Below are positions 1-12,500 of a stretch of 64,000 nucleotides of DNA, one piece after another. The position numbers and the translations under genes are program-made. This DNA is from Scyliorhinus canicula (Eukaryota): the NCBI RefSeq assembly GCF_902713615.1, contig NC_052157.1:61344146-61408145 (forward strand), given 5' to 3'. The notes below the pieces were generated by a model. That model searched no databases. It had not been told where the DNA came from and saw nothing but the letters and a program-made list of their open reading frames with translations. Within the stretch, counting starts at the first letter, position 1. Each line of letters starts with the position of its first letter.

Positions 1-531
1 GCGATGCTCCGGCCCGCGATGGGCCTATTGGCCGCCCGTTTTCGGCCGGTCCCGCCGGCATATGTTACGACAGGTACTTACCGGCAGGACCTGGCTCCGC
101 GGGCGGCCTCGGGGAGGGGGGGGGCCGCGGGGGGATCTGGCCCTGGGTGTTCCCACATGGTGGCCTGGCCCGCGAGCGGAACCCACCGATCTACGGGTGG
201 GCCTGTGCCGTGGTGGCACTCTATTCCTCCGCTTCGGGCGCTATAACAGTCCGCGATGGCCGATGCGGAGATGACCCCCTTGGCACACGCGCTGGGATGA
301 CACCAGCACACCCTGGTGCTCCTGCGCAGGCGCCAACTCGCACCGGTCAGCGGAGGCCCTTCGGCGCAGGTTGGCGTGGCGCCAAGCCCCTTCCTTGCCG
401 GCCGGCGCAGCTCAAACCACTCCCGCGCTTCTGGATTCCGCATCTTCAGGGTGGCCCGACCCCGGAGTGGTAACACGCCATTTCTTCGCGCCAGAGTTGC
501 CCGTCTCGCCGGTTTTTGAAGAATCCCACCT
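1..531. mobile_element. Harbinger-type MITE, cut by window start; duplicate of 19115-19752
   Basis: Near-identical to 19222-19752; ends in TIR AGAATCCCACCT followed by CAG. Confidence 0.8.
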
Positions 532-1310
532 CAGATTGTACATGGATTATGTGATGAGTGCCTCCGAGAATCATTGTTAAAACAGCAAGATTTAAAGCTG
601 AAAATCTGAATTCAAACGTGTTCATCTCACGAACAAAGTGAAAACCAATATAATGAGTTTTACGACCATGAAAAGGGCCCACAAGTCCACCACGAGGTTG
701 AGGCTGTTAAAATGGTGTCGCAGGCAGCCAAGAAGCACATTTCAAACGACAGCTGTCCTGTGTGTGCACACTCCATCCGGGACATATGCACTTTGCACAA
801 AAATGCGAGACTGAAGAAAAGGCGTCTGCGCATGCGCGAACTTGTTTAATGCATCAGAGAGACGATGTCATGACATGCCACCAATGTGGCAACGCCCACT
901 TAAAAGGGTAATGTCCGACTCAAGGCAAACAATGTTTAAAGTGTGTAAAACTCAATCACTATGCCTCACAATGCAGATCTGCAGTGCAATTTAAAACTCC
1001 GAAACCAAAACAAAGGAACATCAACGTTCGCAGTGTGGATTCATCGGAGCATAAAAAATCCGAATACAATTATTCTTCAGAAGAGGACAATTACTCATTA
1101 GAAAACAAGCCTTTTGTGGGAAAAATTGAAAAAAGTGAGGAACTTAAAGCAACGACCAGCACTCCCCAATGATCGACTCTAGCAATGAATGGACTTCAAC
1201 AATGCAAGTTAACCATTTTCCAATACTGTTCAAGCTTGACACTGTGGCTTCAGCCAACCTGCTAACAAGCAAAGTTCTCCACTATATTCCAGGAGAACAT
1301 GAGAACATAT

Positions 1311-1737
1311 AGCAGCGGGAGTTCAGAGACAGACAGCCCAGAAAGCGGTGGGAGTTCAGAGACAGAGGGAGCCCATAAAGCAGCGGGAGTTCAGAGACAA
1401 AGAGCCCAGAAAGCGGCGGGAGTTCAGAGACAGAGGGAGCCCATAAAGCAGCGGGAGTTCAGAGACAGAGAGCCCAGAAAGCGGCGGGAGTTCAGAGACA
1501 GAGGGAGCCCATAAAGCAGCGGGAGTTCAGAGACAGAGAGCCCAGAAAGCGGCGGGAGTTCAGAGACAGAGGGAGCCCATAAAGCAGCGGGAGTTCAGAG
1601 ACAGAGAGCCCAGAAAGCGGCGGGAGTTCAGAGACAGAGAGCCCAGAAAGCGGCGGGAGTTCAGAGACAGAGGGAGCCCATAAAGCAGCGGGAGTTCAGA
1701 GACAGAGGGAGCCCATAAAGCAGCGGGAGTTCAGAGG
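1311..1737 (+). repeat. Tandem array of 13 monomers of ~33/35 bp in the CR1 5' UTR
   Basis: Core GGGAGTTCAGAG recurs 13 times, mostly alternating GAGCCCAGAAAGCGGC and GGGAGCCCATAAAGCAGC variants. Confidence 0.95.
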
Positions 1738-2072
1738 GACACAGGATAAAAGAGCGCGAGGAGAGCGGCAGTGAGTCAGTGAAAGAGCGCGAGGGGACAC
1801 ATTGAGAGCGGCGGGGTGCCAGTGGGAGCAAAGATAATATAAGGCGGGAACCGGAAGTACGACCCGCGGACTTCTGGGAAGGATTTTCTCCTAGCCAATA
1901 AATTCTGGTGGAGAGGATACCCGAGACACTACACGTGTAGTGTCTCCCACCCGCCCTCCTCCTCTAACCTAATAATAAGACCCATTGGTGTGAGCAGGTA
2001 AGTGCTATATTATATTATTATTTTTTATTTGTTTTATATTTGTTTACCAGAACTTGGTTGAAATTAAGTGGG

Positions 2073-2995
2073 ATGGCAGGGAAGGCAGTGCAATGTTCCT
2101 CCTGCAGGGTGTTTGAGGTGAGGGATGCCATTAGTGTCCCTGCTGATTTTACCTGCAGGAAGTGCAGCCAGCTCCAGCTCCTACAAGACCAAGTTACTGG
2201 AGCTGGAGTTGGATGAACTTCGGATCATTCGGGAGGCAGAGGTGGTCATAGATAGGAGCTTCAGGGAAGTAGTTACACCAAAGACTGGAGATAGATGGGT
2301 AACTGTAAGAGGGACTGGGAAGAAGCAGTCAGTGCAGGGACCCCCTGCGGTCGTTCCCCTGAGTAACAAGTATACCGTTTTGGATACTTGTGGGGGGGGA
2401 CGACTTACCAGGGGTAAGCCATGGGGTGCGGGACTCTAGCACGGAGTCTGTCCCTGTTGCTCAGAAGGGAAGGGGGGAGAGGAGCAGAGCATTAGTAATT
2501 GGGGACTCAATAGTCAGGGGCACAGATAGGAGATTTTGTGGGAGCGAGAGAGACTCACGTTTGGTATGTTGCCTCCCAGGTGCAAGGGTAAGTGATGTCT
2601 CAGATCGTGTTTGTCGGGTCCTTAAGGGGGAGGGGGATCAGCCCCAAGTCGTAGTCCACATTGGCACTAATGACATAGGTAGGAAAGGGGACAAGGATGT
2701 CAGGCAGGCCTTTAGGGAGCTAGGATGGAAGCTCAGAGCGAGAACAAACAGAGTTGTTATCTCTGGGTTGTTGCCCGTGCCACGTGATAGTGAGACTAGG
2801 AATAGGGAGAGAGAGCAATTAAACACGTGGCTACAGGGATGGTGCAGGCGGGAGGGATTCAGATTTCTGGATAACTGGGGCTCTTTCTGGGGAAGGTGGG
2901 ACCTCTATAGACAGGATGGTCTACATCTGAACCTAAGGGGCACCAATATCCTGGGGGGGAGATTTGTTAGTACTCTTTGGGGGGGTTTAAACTAA
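2073..2995 (+). pseudogene. CR1 ORF1 (Cys-rich N-terminus, coiled coil, SGNH esterase), two frameshifts
   Basis: MAGKAVQCSSCRVF..CRKC start; GDSIVRG, HIGTNDI and DGLHLN SGNH motifs; frameshifts near 2197 and in the G-run at ~2392-2400. Confidence 0.85.
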
Positions 2996-5879
2996 TTCAG
3001 CAGGGGCATGGGAACCTGGATTGTAGTTTTTGGGTGCGAGAGATTGAGAGTAGAGAGGTCAGGAGCACAGATTTGACTTCGCAGGAGGGCGGCAGTGTTC
3101 AGGTCGGTGGTTTGAAGTGTGTCTATTTCAATGCCAGGAGTATACGAAATAAGGTAGGGGAACTGGCAGCATGGGTTGGTACCTGGGACTTCGATGTTGT
3201 GGCCATTTCAGAGACATGGATAGAGCAGGGACAGGAATGGTCGTTTCAGGTTCCGGGGTTTAGGTGCTTTAGTAAGGTCAGAGAAGGGGGCAAAAGAGGG
3301 GGAGGTGTGGCGCTGCTAGTCAAGGACAGTATTACGGTGGCAGAAAGGATGCAAGATGGGGACTCTTCTTCCGAGGTAGTATGGGCTGAGGTTAGAAACA
3401 GGAAAGGAGAGGTCACACTGCTGGGAGTTTTCTGTAGGCCACCTAATAGTTCTAGAGATGTAGAGGAAAGGATGGCGAAGATGATTCTGGAAAAGAGCGA
3501 AAGTAACAGGGTAGTTGTTATGGGAGACTTTAACTTTCCTAATATTGACTGGAAAAGATATAGTTCGAGTACATTGGATGGGTCGTTCTTTGTACAATGT
3601 GTGCAGGAGGGTTTTCTGACACAATATGTTGACAGGCCAACAAGAGGTGAGGCCACTTTGGATTTGGTTTTGGGTAATGAACCAGGCCAGGTGTTAGATC
3701 TGGAGGTAGGTGAACACTTTGGAGACAGTGACCACAATTCGGTGACCTTTACATTAGTGATGGAAAGGGATAAGTATACCCCGCAGGGCAAGAGTTATAG
3801 CTGGGGGAAGGGCAATTATGATGCCATTAGACATGACTTAGGATGTGTAGGTTGGAGAAGTAGGCTGCAAGGGTTGGGCACACTGGATATGTGGAGCTTG
3901 TTCAAGGAACAGCTATTGCGTGTTCTTGATCAGTACGTACCAGTCCGACAGGGAGGAAAGGGTAGAGCGAGGGAACCGTGGTTTACCAAAGAAGTGGAAT
4001 CTCTTGTTAAGAGGAAGAAGGAGGCCTATGTGAAGATGAGGAGTGAAGTTTCAGTTGGGGCGCTTGATAGTTACAAGGAAGCGAGGAAGGATCGAAAGAG
4101 AGAGCTAAGACGAGCAAGGAGGGGACATGAGAAGTCTTTGGCAGGTAGTATCAAGGAAAACCCAAAAGCTTTCTATAGGTATGTCAGGAATAAAAGAATG
4201 ACAAGGGTAAGAGTAGGGCCAGTCAAGGACAGTGGTGGGAAGTTGTGTGTGGAGGCTGAGGAGATAAGCGAGATACTAAATGAATACTTTTCGTCAGTAT
4301 TCACTCAGGAAAAAGATAATATTGTGGAGGAGAATGCTGAGACCCAGGCTATTAGAATAGATGGCATTGAGGTGCGTAGGGAAGAAGTGTTGGCAATTCT
4401 GGACAAGGTGAAAATAGATAAGTCCCCGGGGCCGGATGGGATTTATCCTAGGATTCTCTGGGAAGCCAGGGAAGAGATTGCTGAGCCTTTGGCTTTGATT
4501 TTTAGGTCATCATTGGCTACAGGAATAGTGCCAGAGGACTGGAGGATAGCAAATGTGGTCCCTTTGTTCAAGAAGGGGAGTAGAGATAACCCCGGTAACT
4601 ATAGGCCGGTGAGCCTAACATCTGTGGTGGGTAAAGTCTTGGAGAGGATTATAAAAGATACGATTTATAATCATCTAGATAGGAATAATATGATTAGGGA
4701 TAGTCAGCATGGTTTTGTGAAGGGTAGGTCATGCCTCACAAACCTTATCGAGTTCTTTGAGAAGGTGACTGAACAGGTGGATGAGGGTAAAGCAGTTGAT
4801 GGGGTGTATATGGATTTCAGTAAAGCGTTTGATAAGGTTCCCCACGGTCGGCTATTGCAGAAAATACGGAGGCTGGGGATTGAGGGTGATTTAGAGATGT
4901 GGATCAGAAATTGGCTAATTGAAAGAAGACAGAGAGTGGTGGTTGATGGGAAATGTTCAGAATGGAGTTCAGTTACGAGTGGCGTACCACAAGGATCTGT
5001 TCTGGGGCCATTGCTGTTTGTCATTTTTATAAATGACCTAGAGGAGGGCGCAGAAGGATGGGTAAGTAAATTTGCAGACGACACTAAAGTCGGTGGAGTT
5101 GTAGACAGTGCGGAAGGATGTTGCAGGTTACAGAGGGACACAGATAAGCTGCAGAGCTGGGCTGAGAGGTGGCAAATGGAGTTTAATGTGGAGAAGTGTG
5201 AGGTGATTCACTTTGGAAAGAATAACAGGAATAAGGAATATTTGGCTAATGGTAAAATTCTTGGTAGTGTGGATGAGCAGAGGGATCTCGGTGTCCATGT
5301 ACATAGATCCCTGAAAGTTGCCACCCAGGTTGATAGGGTTGTGAAGAAGGCCTATGGTGTGATGGCCTTTATTGGTAGAGGGATTGAGTTCCGGAGCCAT
5401 GAGGTCATGTTGCAGTTGTACAAAACTCTAGTACGGCCGCATTTGGAGTATTGCGTACAGTTCTGGTCGCCTCATTATAGGAAGGACGTGGAAGCTTTGG
5501 AACGGGTGCAGAGGAGATTTACCAGGTTGTTGCCTGGTATGGAGGGAAAACCTTATGAGGAAAGGCTGATGGACTTGAGGTTGTTTTCGTTAGAGAGAAG
5601 AAGGTTAAGAGGTGACCTAATAGAGGCATACAAATGATCAGAGGGTTAGATAGGGTGGACAGCGAGAGCCTTCTCCCGCGGATGGAGGTGGCTAGCACGA
5701 GGGGACATAGCCTTAAATTGAGGGGTAATAGATATAGGACAGAGGTCAGAGGTGGGTTTTTTTACGCAAGAGTGGTGAGGCTGTGGAATGCCCTACCTGC
5801 AACAGTAGTGAACTCGCCAACATTGAGGGCATTTAAAAGTTTATTGGATAAGCATATGGATGATAAGGGCATAGTGTAG
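2977..5879 (+). CDS. CR1 ORF2, APE endonuclease + reverse transcriptase; open for 886 codons, one frameshift at ~5634
   Basis: YFNARS, ETW, GDFN and SDH endonuclease motifs; PGPDG, YRPVSLTS, DFSKAFD, GVPQGSVLGP and FADD RT motifs; C-terminus continues in 5634..5879. Confidence 0.93.
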
Positions 5880-6976
5880 GTTAGATGGCCTTTAGTTTTT
5901 TCCATGTCGGTGCAACATTGAGGGCCGAAGGGCCTGTACTGCGCTGTATCGTTCTATGTTCTATGTTCTATGAGATAATACCTGCTGCATGTAGGCTGAA
6001 AGACTACAATGGTAATCAGATCACATCAATGGGATTGTGCCATCTTCAAGTCAAAAACTTTAATTTGTGGAAAACGACAAATCATCACTGTTAGGTGCTC
6101 AGGCTTGCAAAGATTTGCGGCTTGTTCAACAAATTTTTATGAATACTCAGGATACATCACGCATGGAAGATGAAAACCAGCAGATGCATCAAGAATACCC
6201 TGACGTATTTAAAGTTATGGGCACTTTACCTGACCAGTACAAGATTTTGCTAAAAAGAGATGCAACACCTGTAATTCATCTGCCTAGGAAGGTTCCAGCT
6301 CCTTTGCGAGAGAGGTTGAAATTAGCATTTGAAAGGCTGCAGTCACAAGGAATCATCTCTCGAGTCACGCAGCCGACTGACTGGGTCAATCCTCTAGTAT
6401 GTGTTCAGAAACCATCTGGAGATCTTCGAATCTGTTAGATCCAAAGGATTACTGAACAAAAACATTTGTAGGAAACATTACCCTATCCCCAAGCATGAAG
6501 AGATCACATGCGAGATGGCGAATGCTCACATCTTCACTAAACTCGATGCTTCGCAGGGATTCTGGCAGATGGAGCTTGATGTCTTCAGCAGATTGGTGTG
6601 CACATTCAATACTCTATTTGGATGCTTCTGCTTTAACCGCATGTCCTTGGGAATAATCTCCGCCTCAGAGATTTTCCATAGGATAATGGAGCAGATGACT
6701 GAGGGCATCGATGGTGTAAAAGTCTATGTCGACGACAATTATATGGTCCACAACATATTATCGTTTGAAGAAGCTGTTTCAAAGAATCCATCAATATGGA
6801 TTTAAACTGGCAGGTCAGCAAGCGGAGCGGTCGGAAGGCGAGGGGCTCCCGTAGCGGTGGAGAACAGGGAAGGGAAGGCTCCCGTAGCGGTGGAGAACAG
6901 GGAAGGGAAGGGAAAGGACGCGCACCCCCCCCCCCCCCCCCAACAAACCGAAGGATCCTTGGCAGCGGCGGCAGCA

Positions 6977-7150
6977 NNNNNNNNNNNNNNNNNNNNNNNN
7001 NNNNNNNNNNNNNNNNNNNNNNNNNNNNNNNNNNNNNNNNNNNNNNNNNNNNNNNNNNNNNNNNNNNNNNNNNNNNNNNNNNNNNNNNNNNNNNNNNNNN
7101 NNNNNNNNNNNNNNNNNNNNNNNNNNNNNNNNNNNNNNNNNNNNNNNNNN
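6977..7150. other. Assembly gap (174 N) inside the GC-rich repetitive L1 5' UTR
   Basis: Run of N flanked by GCA/GCG repeats. Confidence 1.
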
Positions 7151-7906
7151 GCGGCAGCGGCGGCAGCAGCAGCAGCAGGAGAGGCCCAAGCGGCGGCGGC
7201 GGCGGCAGCAGCAGCAGCAGGAGAGGCCCAAGCGGCGGCAGAGCGGAGCGGCATCTACATCCCCCCCCCCCCCCCCGGCAAGGAGCGGAACGGAGCGGCG
7301 TCCATACCCCCCCCCAAAGGCCGGAGCGGAGCAGCGTCCATACCCCCCCCCCCAAGGGCCGGAGCGGAGTCTACCCCCCCCCCCAAGGAGCGGAGCGGCG
7401 CCTACCCCCCCCCCCCCCCCCCAGGGCCGGAGCGGCGTCTACCCCCCCCCTCCAAAGGGCCGGAGCGGAGTCTCTCTCCCCCCCCCCCAAACAGGCCCGG
7501 AGCGGCGTCTCCCCCCCCCCAACAGGCCCGGAGCGGAGTCTCCACATACCCCCCCCCCCCCAAAAAAAAAACCGGCAGCAGCCACCACGTGGCTTGAACA
7601 AAGGACTGGACAGACTCCTCTCACTCTCTCTCTCTCTCTCCTGCATGAGAGAGGTAGGGGAAAAGTGAGGGGGGGGGGGGGAAAAAAAAGAAGGACTTTT
7701 ATTTTTTAAAAAAGAACACTATTAAAGAGAAAGGGGGAAGGATATATATATTATTTTCTCTTTTTCTACACCCACTCCCATCAAAGCAAGCCCACCTGAG
7801 GGGAGTTGCATAAAAGGAGGTGGGAGAAAATAATTAATAAACAAATAAATAAAATAAAATCGGGCATCGAAAAAGGGGGAACAGAAAAACAAGGGGAGAA
7901 GAAAAG

Positions 7907-8932
7907 ATGAAAGGGAAGGGGGAGAAAAAAACGCCAGAAGGGAGCCAAGGGAAAGGGGGCACCAAAAGCAGGCGGGACAAAAGGCAAGCCAGCTCACGCG
8001 AGCGGATTAGCACACGAAGCGGCGGGACGGATGTACCGCCGCATCAAAAAGAGCCGGACAGACAGGTGCCCTCTCCCCTGGGGTTAGAGGGGGGCGTGAA
8101 TTGGAAGGAAGCCTTTACTGAGGTGGTGAGGGAGCAGCTGCAGGCAATCAAGGCAGAGTTGAAAGCAGACGCAGAGGCCGCAGCACAGGCAGCAGTGGCC
8201 AGGGCCATGTCAGGGGTGCAGCAGGCTCTGACCAGATTGGAGGAGAAAGTGGAAGCTCAAGGGAAGAAACTGGAAGCTCAAGGGAGGAAACTGGAAGCCC
8301 ATGAGGCAACCATTAAGGAGCTAGAGAAAGCAGCGACAGACATGAGCGACCGGGTCACGGCCCTAGAAAGGGAAGTGGCGAGACTGGGCGCAACACAGGG
8401 GAGCCTGAAGGGCAGGGTAGACGACCAAGAAAACAGCTCGAGAAGGCAAAATGTTAGGATAGTGGGCCTGCCAGAGGGGACCGAGGGTAGAAACCCCACA
8501 AAATACGTGGCTGCAATGCTGGGCAACTTAGTGGGCAGGAAAGCTTTCCCCACCCCACCGGATCTGGACAGAGCACATCGGTCGCTGCGCCCGAAGCCCA
8601 AGGAAGGGGATCAACCGAGAGCAGTCATAGCCAAACTGCACCGGTACCGGGATAGGGAGGCAATCCTGCGCTGGGCCAAGGAAAATAGAGCCAGCAAATG
8701 GGACGGGCACACCATCCGAATATATGAAGACCTTGGAGTGGATATATCTAAGAAACGGGCTGAGTTTAACAGAGCGAAAGCGGCTCTCTACAGGAACAAA
8801 GTGCGTTTTGGTATGCTGTACCCAGCGAAGCTCTGGGTCACATACCAAAACAAGGAATATTTCTTTACAGCCCCTGCTGAGGTGAATAGATTCGTCGAGG
8901 AGCACGGGCTGGAAGAACAGCAGGGGGGGTAG
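7907..8932 (+). CDS. L1 ORF1p, intact, 341 aa
   Basis: Coiled coil then ENSSRRQNVRIVGLPEG, DRAHRS and IRIYEDL; RRM/CTD layout typical of L1 ORF1. Confidence 0.9.
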   Translation: MKGKGEKKTPEGSQGKGGTKSRRDKRQASSRERISTRSGGTDVPPHQKEPDRQVPSPLGLEGGVNWKEAFTEVVREQLQAIKAELKADAEAAAQAAVARAMSGVQQALTRLEEKVEAQGKKLEAQGRKLEAHEATIKELEKAATDMSDRVTALEREVARLGATQGSLKGRVDDQENSSRRQNVRIVGLPEGTEGRNPTKYVAAMLGNLVGRKAFPTPPDLDRAHRSLRPKPKEGDQPRAVIAKLHRYRDREAILRWAKENRASKWDGHTIRIYEDLGVDISKKRAEFNRAKAALYRNKVRFGMLYPAKLWVTYQNKEYFFTAPAEVNRFVEEHGLEEQQGG

Positions 8933-9588
8933 GGACGAGGGGCCCCTGGCAAGGAGCAACGACACGCCAATGGGTAGGATGGGGGAAGAGCAGGCAGAAA
9001 ACCGTAGAGGCCAGGTAGAGGAGAAGCGAGACAACAACCTCCGAGAGGGGAGCCACCGTAATAGCAGGAAAGCTAGCGCCGGGGGCACGCAACAAAGCAG
9101 GGCCGCTGCGCACCCCCAACAGGGGGGGAGGCGCCAGGCAGGGGCGGGGGGAGATCACCCACCAAAGTCGGGAGAGCAAACGGGGACAGGAATAGGGTAC
9201 AGAGGAGCAAAGGAGGGGTATACAGGGGAGGAGGGTAGAGGGAGAGACCAGGGGGGGGCACACAGGGAGGGGAAAGGTAGGGTCAAAGGGACAAACAAGG
9301 CCAGAAAAGGAACAGGGCTACAAAGTACCACAACCAAGGGCTCGGAACAAGGAACCGCTGCAAGCACCCACCCAGTACGGTCTGTGGGCAAAGGGGCCCC
9401 CCAGAGTGCAGGGGACTACCCGCGTGGCGGACACGCAGTGGACGGCCATGGCGGGTGCCCCCAAGACAAGGGGAAACCCCGGAGCGCAGAGACCCGAACG
9501 CATGGGGAGAGCAGTGGTAGCGGCCATCCTGGACGGCCCCCTAACAAAGGGAAACCCCAGAGGGCAGTGGCTCGTCCACCAGACAAAC

Positions 9589-12500
9589 ATGGTTAATCCC
9601 ACAGGAACGAGGGGGCAGAAGCCCCCCACCAGGATAATCACCTGGAACGTAAGGGGACTTAACGGCCCAGTGAAGAGATCCAGAGTCCTCACCCACCTCA
9701 GAAATATGAGGGCCGACATAGTCTTCCTCCAAGAGACGCACCTGAGGGAGCAGGACCAACTGCGGGTAAGAAAGGGCTGGGTGGGACAAACCTACCATTC
9801 CTGCTATGGGACAAGGGCCAGGGGGGTGGCGATACTGATCGGCAAGAGGACAATGTTTAGGGCGACAAAGACGGTTACAGACCCAGGGGGGCGATATGTC
9901 ATGGTCAGCGGGGCCCTGGATGGGGCGCCGGTAGTCCTAGTCAACGTGTACGCGCCCAACTGGGACGACACGAGCTTCATCCAAAAGACCATGGCAGAAA
10001 TCCCGGACATAGCGACGCATCGACTAATCATGGGGGGGACTTCAACTGTGTACAGGACCCAAAGACGGACAGATCAAACCCCAAAACGGGGAAAACCTCA
10101 AACATGGCAAGGGAACTCGGTCACTTTATGGAGCAGATGGGAGCTGTGGACCCCTGGAGGTTCGCCCACCCGGGGGAGAAAGAATTCTCCTTCTTCTCCC
10201 CAGTACACAACGTGTTCACCAGAATTGACTTTTTTGTGGTGGGGAAAACGGTGCTTCCAGGGATAGACAAGGTGGAATACTCCGCAATTGTGATATCAGA
10301 CCACGCCCCACACTACATGGACATGCGGCTGGAGACGGGAAGGGCCCAGCGCCCCACATGGAGGTTGGACGGTGCCTTACTAGCTGACAAGGCCTTCAGC
10401 GAAAGGATAGCGCGGGCCATAGCGGAGTACACGGAGAACAACCAAAACGGGGAGGTATCATCCTCCACGTTCTGGGAAGCGCTTAAGGCCGTACTAAGAG
10501 GGGAAATCATTGCCTTCAAAGCGCAAAGAGATAGGGAGGAAAGGGTGGCTGGGCAGAAGCTGGTCGACTCCATACTGGAGGTAGACCGTAAATGCTCCGA
10601 GGCCCCGACCGTAGAGCTCCTGGCGGAGAGAAAAGAATTACAAAGGAACTTTGACCTGCTCTCCACCAGGAAAGCAGTGCACCAACTCCGCCAGGCGCGC
10701 GGAACCCTGTACGAACACGGAGACAAAGCCAGCCGCCTGTTGGCACACCAGCTGAGAAAGCAGGCAGCCACCAGAGAAATGGGCAAATCAGGGGTACCAG
10801 AGGCATGTTGGAAACAGAACCAGAGAGGATTAACAAAACCTTCAAGGCCTTCTACCAAGAGCTGTACACCTCAGAGCCCCCAACGGGGAAGGCTGGGATG
10901 AACCGGTTCCTTGATGGACTGGTCATACCAGTCGTGGGAGAGGGAAGGAAACGGGACCTGGAAGCACCAATTGCACTGGGAGAGATCATGGACAGTATCA
11001 GCTCCATGCAGACGGGGAAGGCGCCGGGACCGGACGGATTCCCGGCGGACTTCTACAAAAAATTTGCGACAGCGCTGGCCCCGCACCTGCGGGAGATGTT
11101 CACAGACTCGCTAGCAAGGGGCACACTGCCACCCACGTTAGCACAGGCCTCAATCTCGCTGATACCTAAGAAAGACAAAGACCCAACGGAATGTGGGTCA
11201 TACAGACCCATATCTCTGCTGAACGCAGACGCCAAAATACTGGCCAAAATCCTAGCCAAAAGGCTAGAAGACTGTGTACCTGAGGTGGTCACAGAGGACC
11301 AGACGGGCTTCGTCAAAGGTAGACAGCTCACCTCGAACATCAGGCGCCTGCTGAACGTGATAATGACCCCCTCTGGGGAGAGAACACAAGAGGTGATCGT
11401 CTCCCTGGACGCAGAAAAGGCCTTCGACAGAGTCGAATGGAAATACCTCATAGAGGTACTGGAGCGGTTCGGGCTTGGAACAGGGTTCACCGCGTGGGTA
11501 AAACTCCTATACAACATGGCGAGTGTACGGACCAACAATACCAACTCCCAATACTTCCAGCTGCACAGGGGCACCAGACAAGGATGCCCACTGTCCCCAC
11601 TGCTGTTCGCACTAGCAATCGAACCGCTAGCAATTGCGCTCAGGGCAGCAAAAAATTGGAGGGGGATCCGAAGGGGAGGCAGAGAGCACAGAGTCTCACT
11701 CTATGCAGACGATCTGCTCCTCTACATCTCGGACCCACAAAGCAGCATGGACGGAATCATCGCGCTCCTGAAAGAGTTTGGAGCCTTCTCGGGCTACAAA
11801 CTCAACATGAGCAAAAGCGAGATCTTCCCAGTACACCAGCAAGGGGGGGGGGGGGGGGGGGCAGCACTAAAGGGGCTGCCGTTCAAACAAGCCCGACATA
11901 AATTCCGCTACCTGGGGATCCAAATAGCCCATGACTGGAAAGGGATCCACAAATGGAACCTCACCAGCCTGGCGGAGGAAGTAAAAAAGGACCTGCAAAG
12001 ATGGAACACACTCCCACTCTCCCTCGCAGGAAGAGTCCAGACGATCAAAATGAACGTATTGCCCAGGTTCCTCTTCCTGTTTAGATCCATTCCGATCTAC
12101 ATCCCCAAGGCCTTCTTCATAGCGCTGGACAAACTTATCATGGCGTTCGTATGGGGGGGTAAAAATGCTAGGATCCCAAAGAAGGTCCTACAGAAAACAA
12201 AATCCAGGGGGGGGCTAGCCCTCCCGAATCTACAATTCTACCACTGGGCGGCAACAGCCGAGCGAGTAAGGGGATGGATCCAGGAGCCAGAAGCCGAGTG
12301 GGTGCGTGCGGAGGAGGCCTCCTGCATGGGGACCTCCCTCCGGGCCCTCGCCACGGCAGCACTCCCATCCCCACCCAAAAAACACTCCAGCAGCCCAGTG
12401 GTGACAGCCACCCTCCAATCCTGGAACCAACTGCGGCAGCAATTTGGCCTGAACAAAATGTCGGACAAGGCTCCCATCTGCAACAACCATAGGTTCAAAC

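Larger units (their letters stand above)
1305..5969 (+). mobile_element. Near full-length CR1-clade LINE (HER1-like)
   Basis: TSD ATGAGA at 1299-1304 and 5970-5975; empty site at ~20520; esterase ORF1, APE+RT ORF2, (GTTCTAT)n tail. Confidence 0.93.

Noticed and set aside
1311-1737. CRISPR-like array
   Set aside because: No unique spacers, no cas genes, eukaryotic context; it is a tandem monomer array.
1860-1990. HDV-like or hammerhead ribozyme in the CR1 5' UTR
   Set aside because: No CTGATGA/GAAA core, and no double pseudoknot could be built by eye; kept only as a structured-RNA candidate.
6633-7668. Long ORFs across the N gap
   Set aside because: Artefacts of N translation and low complexity.
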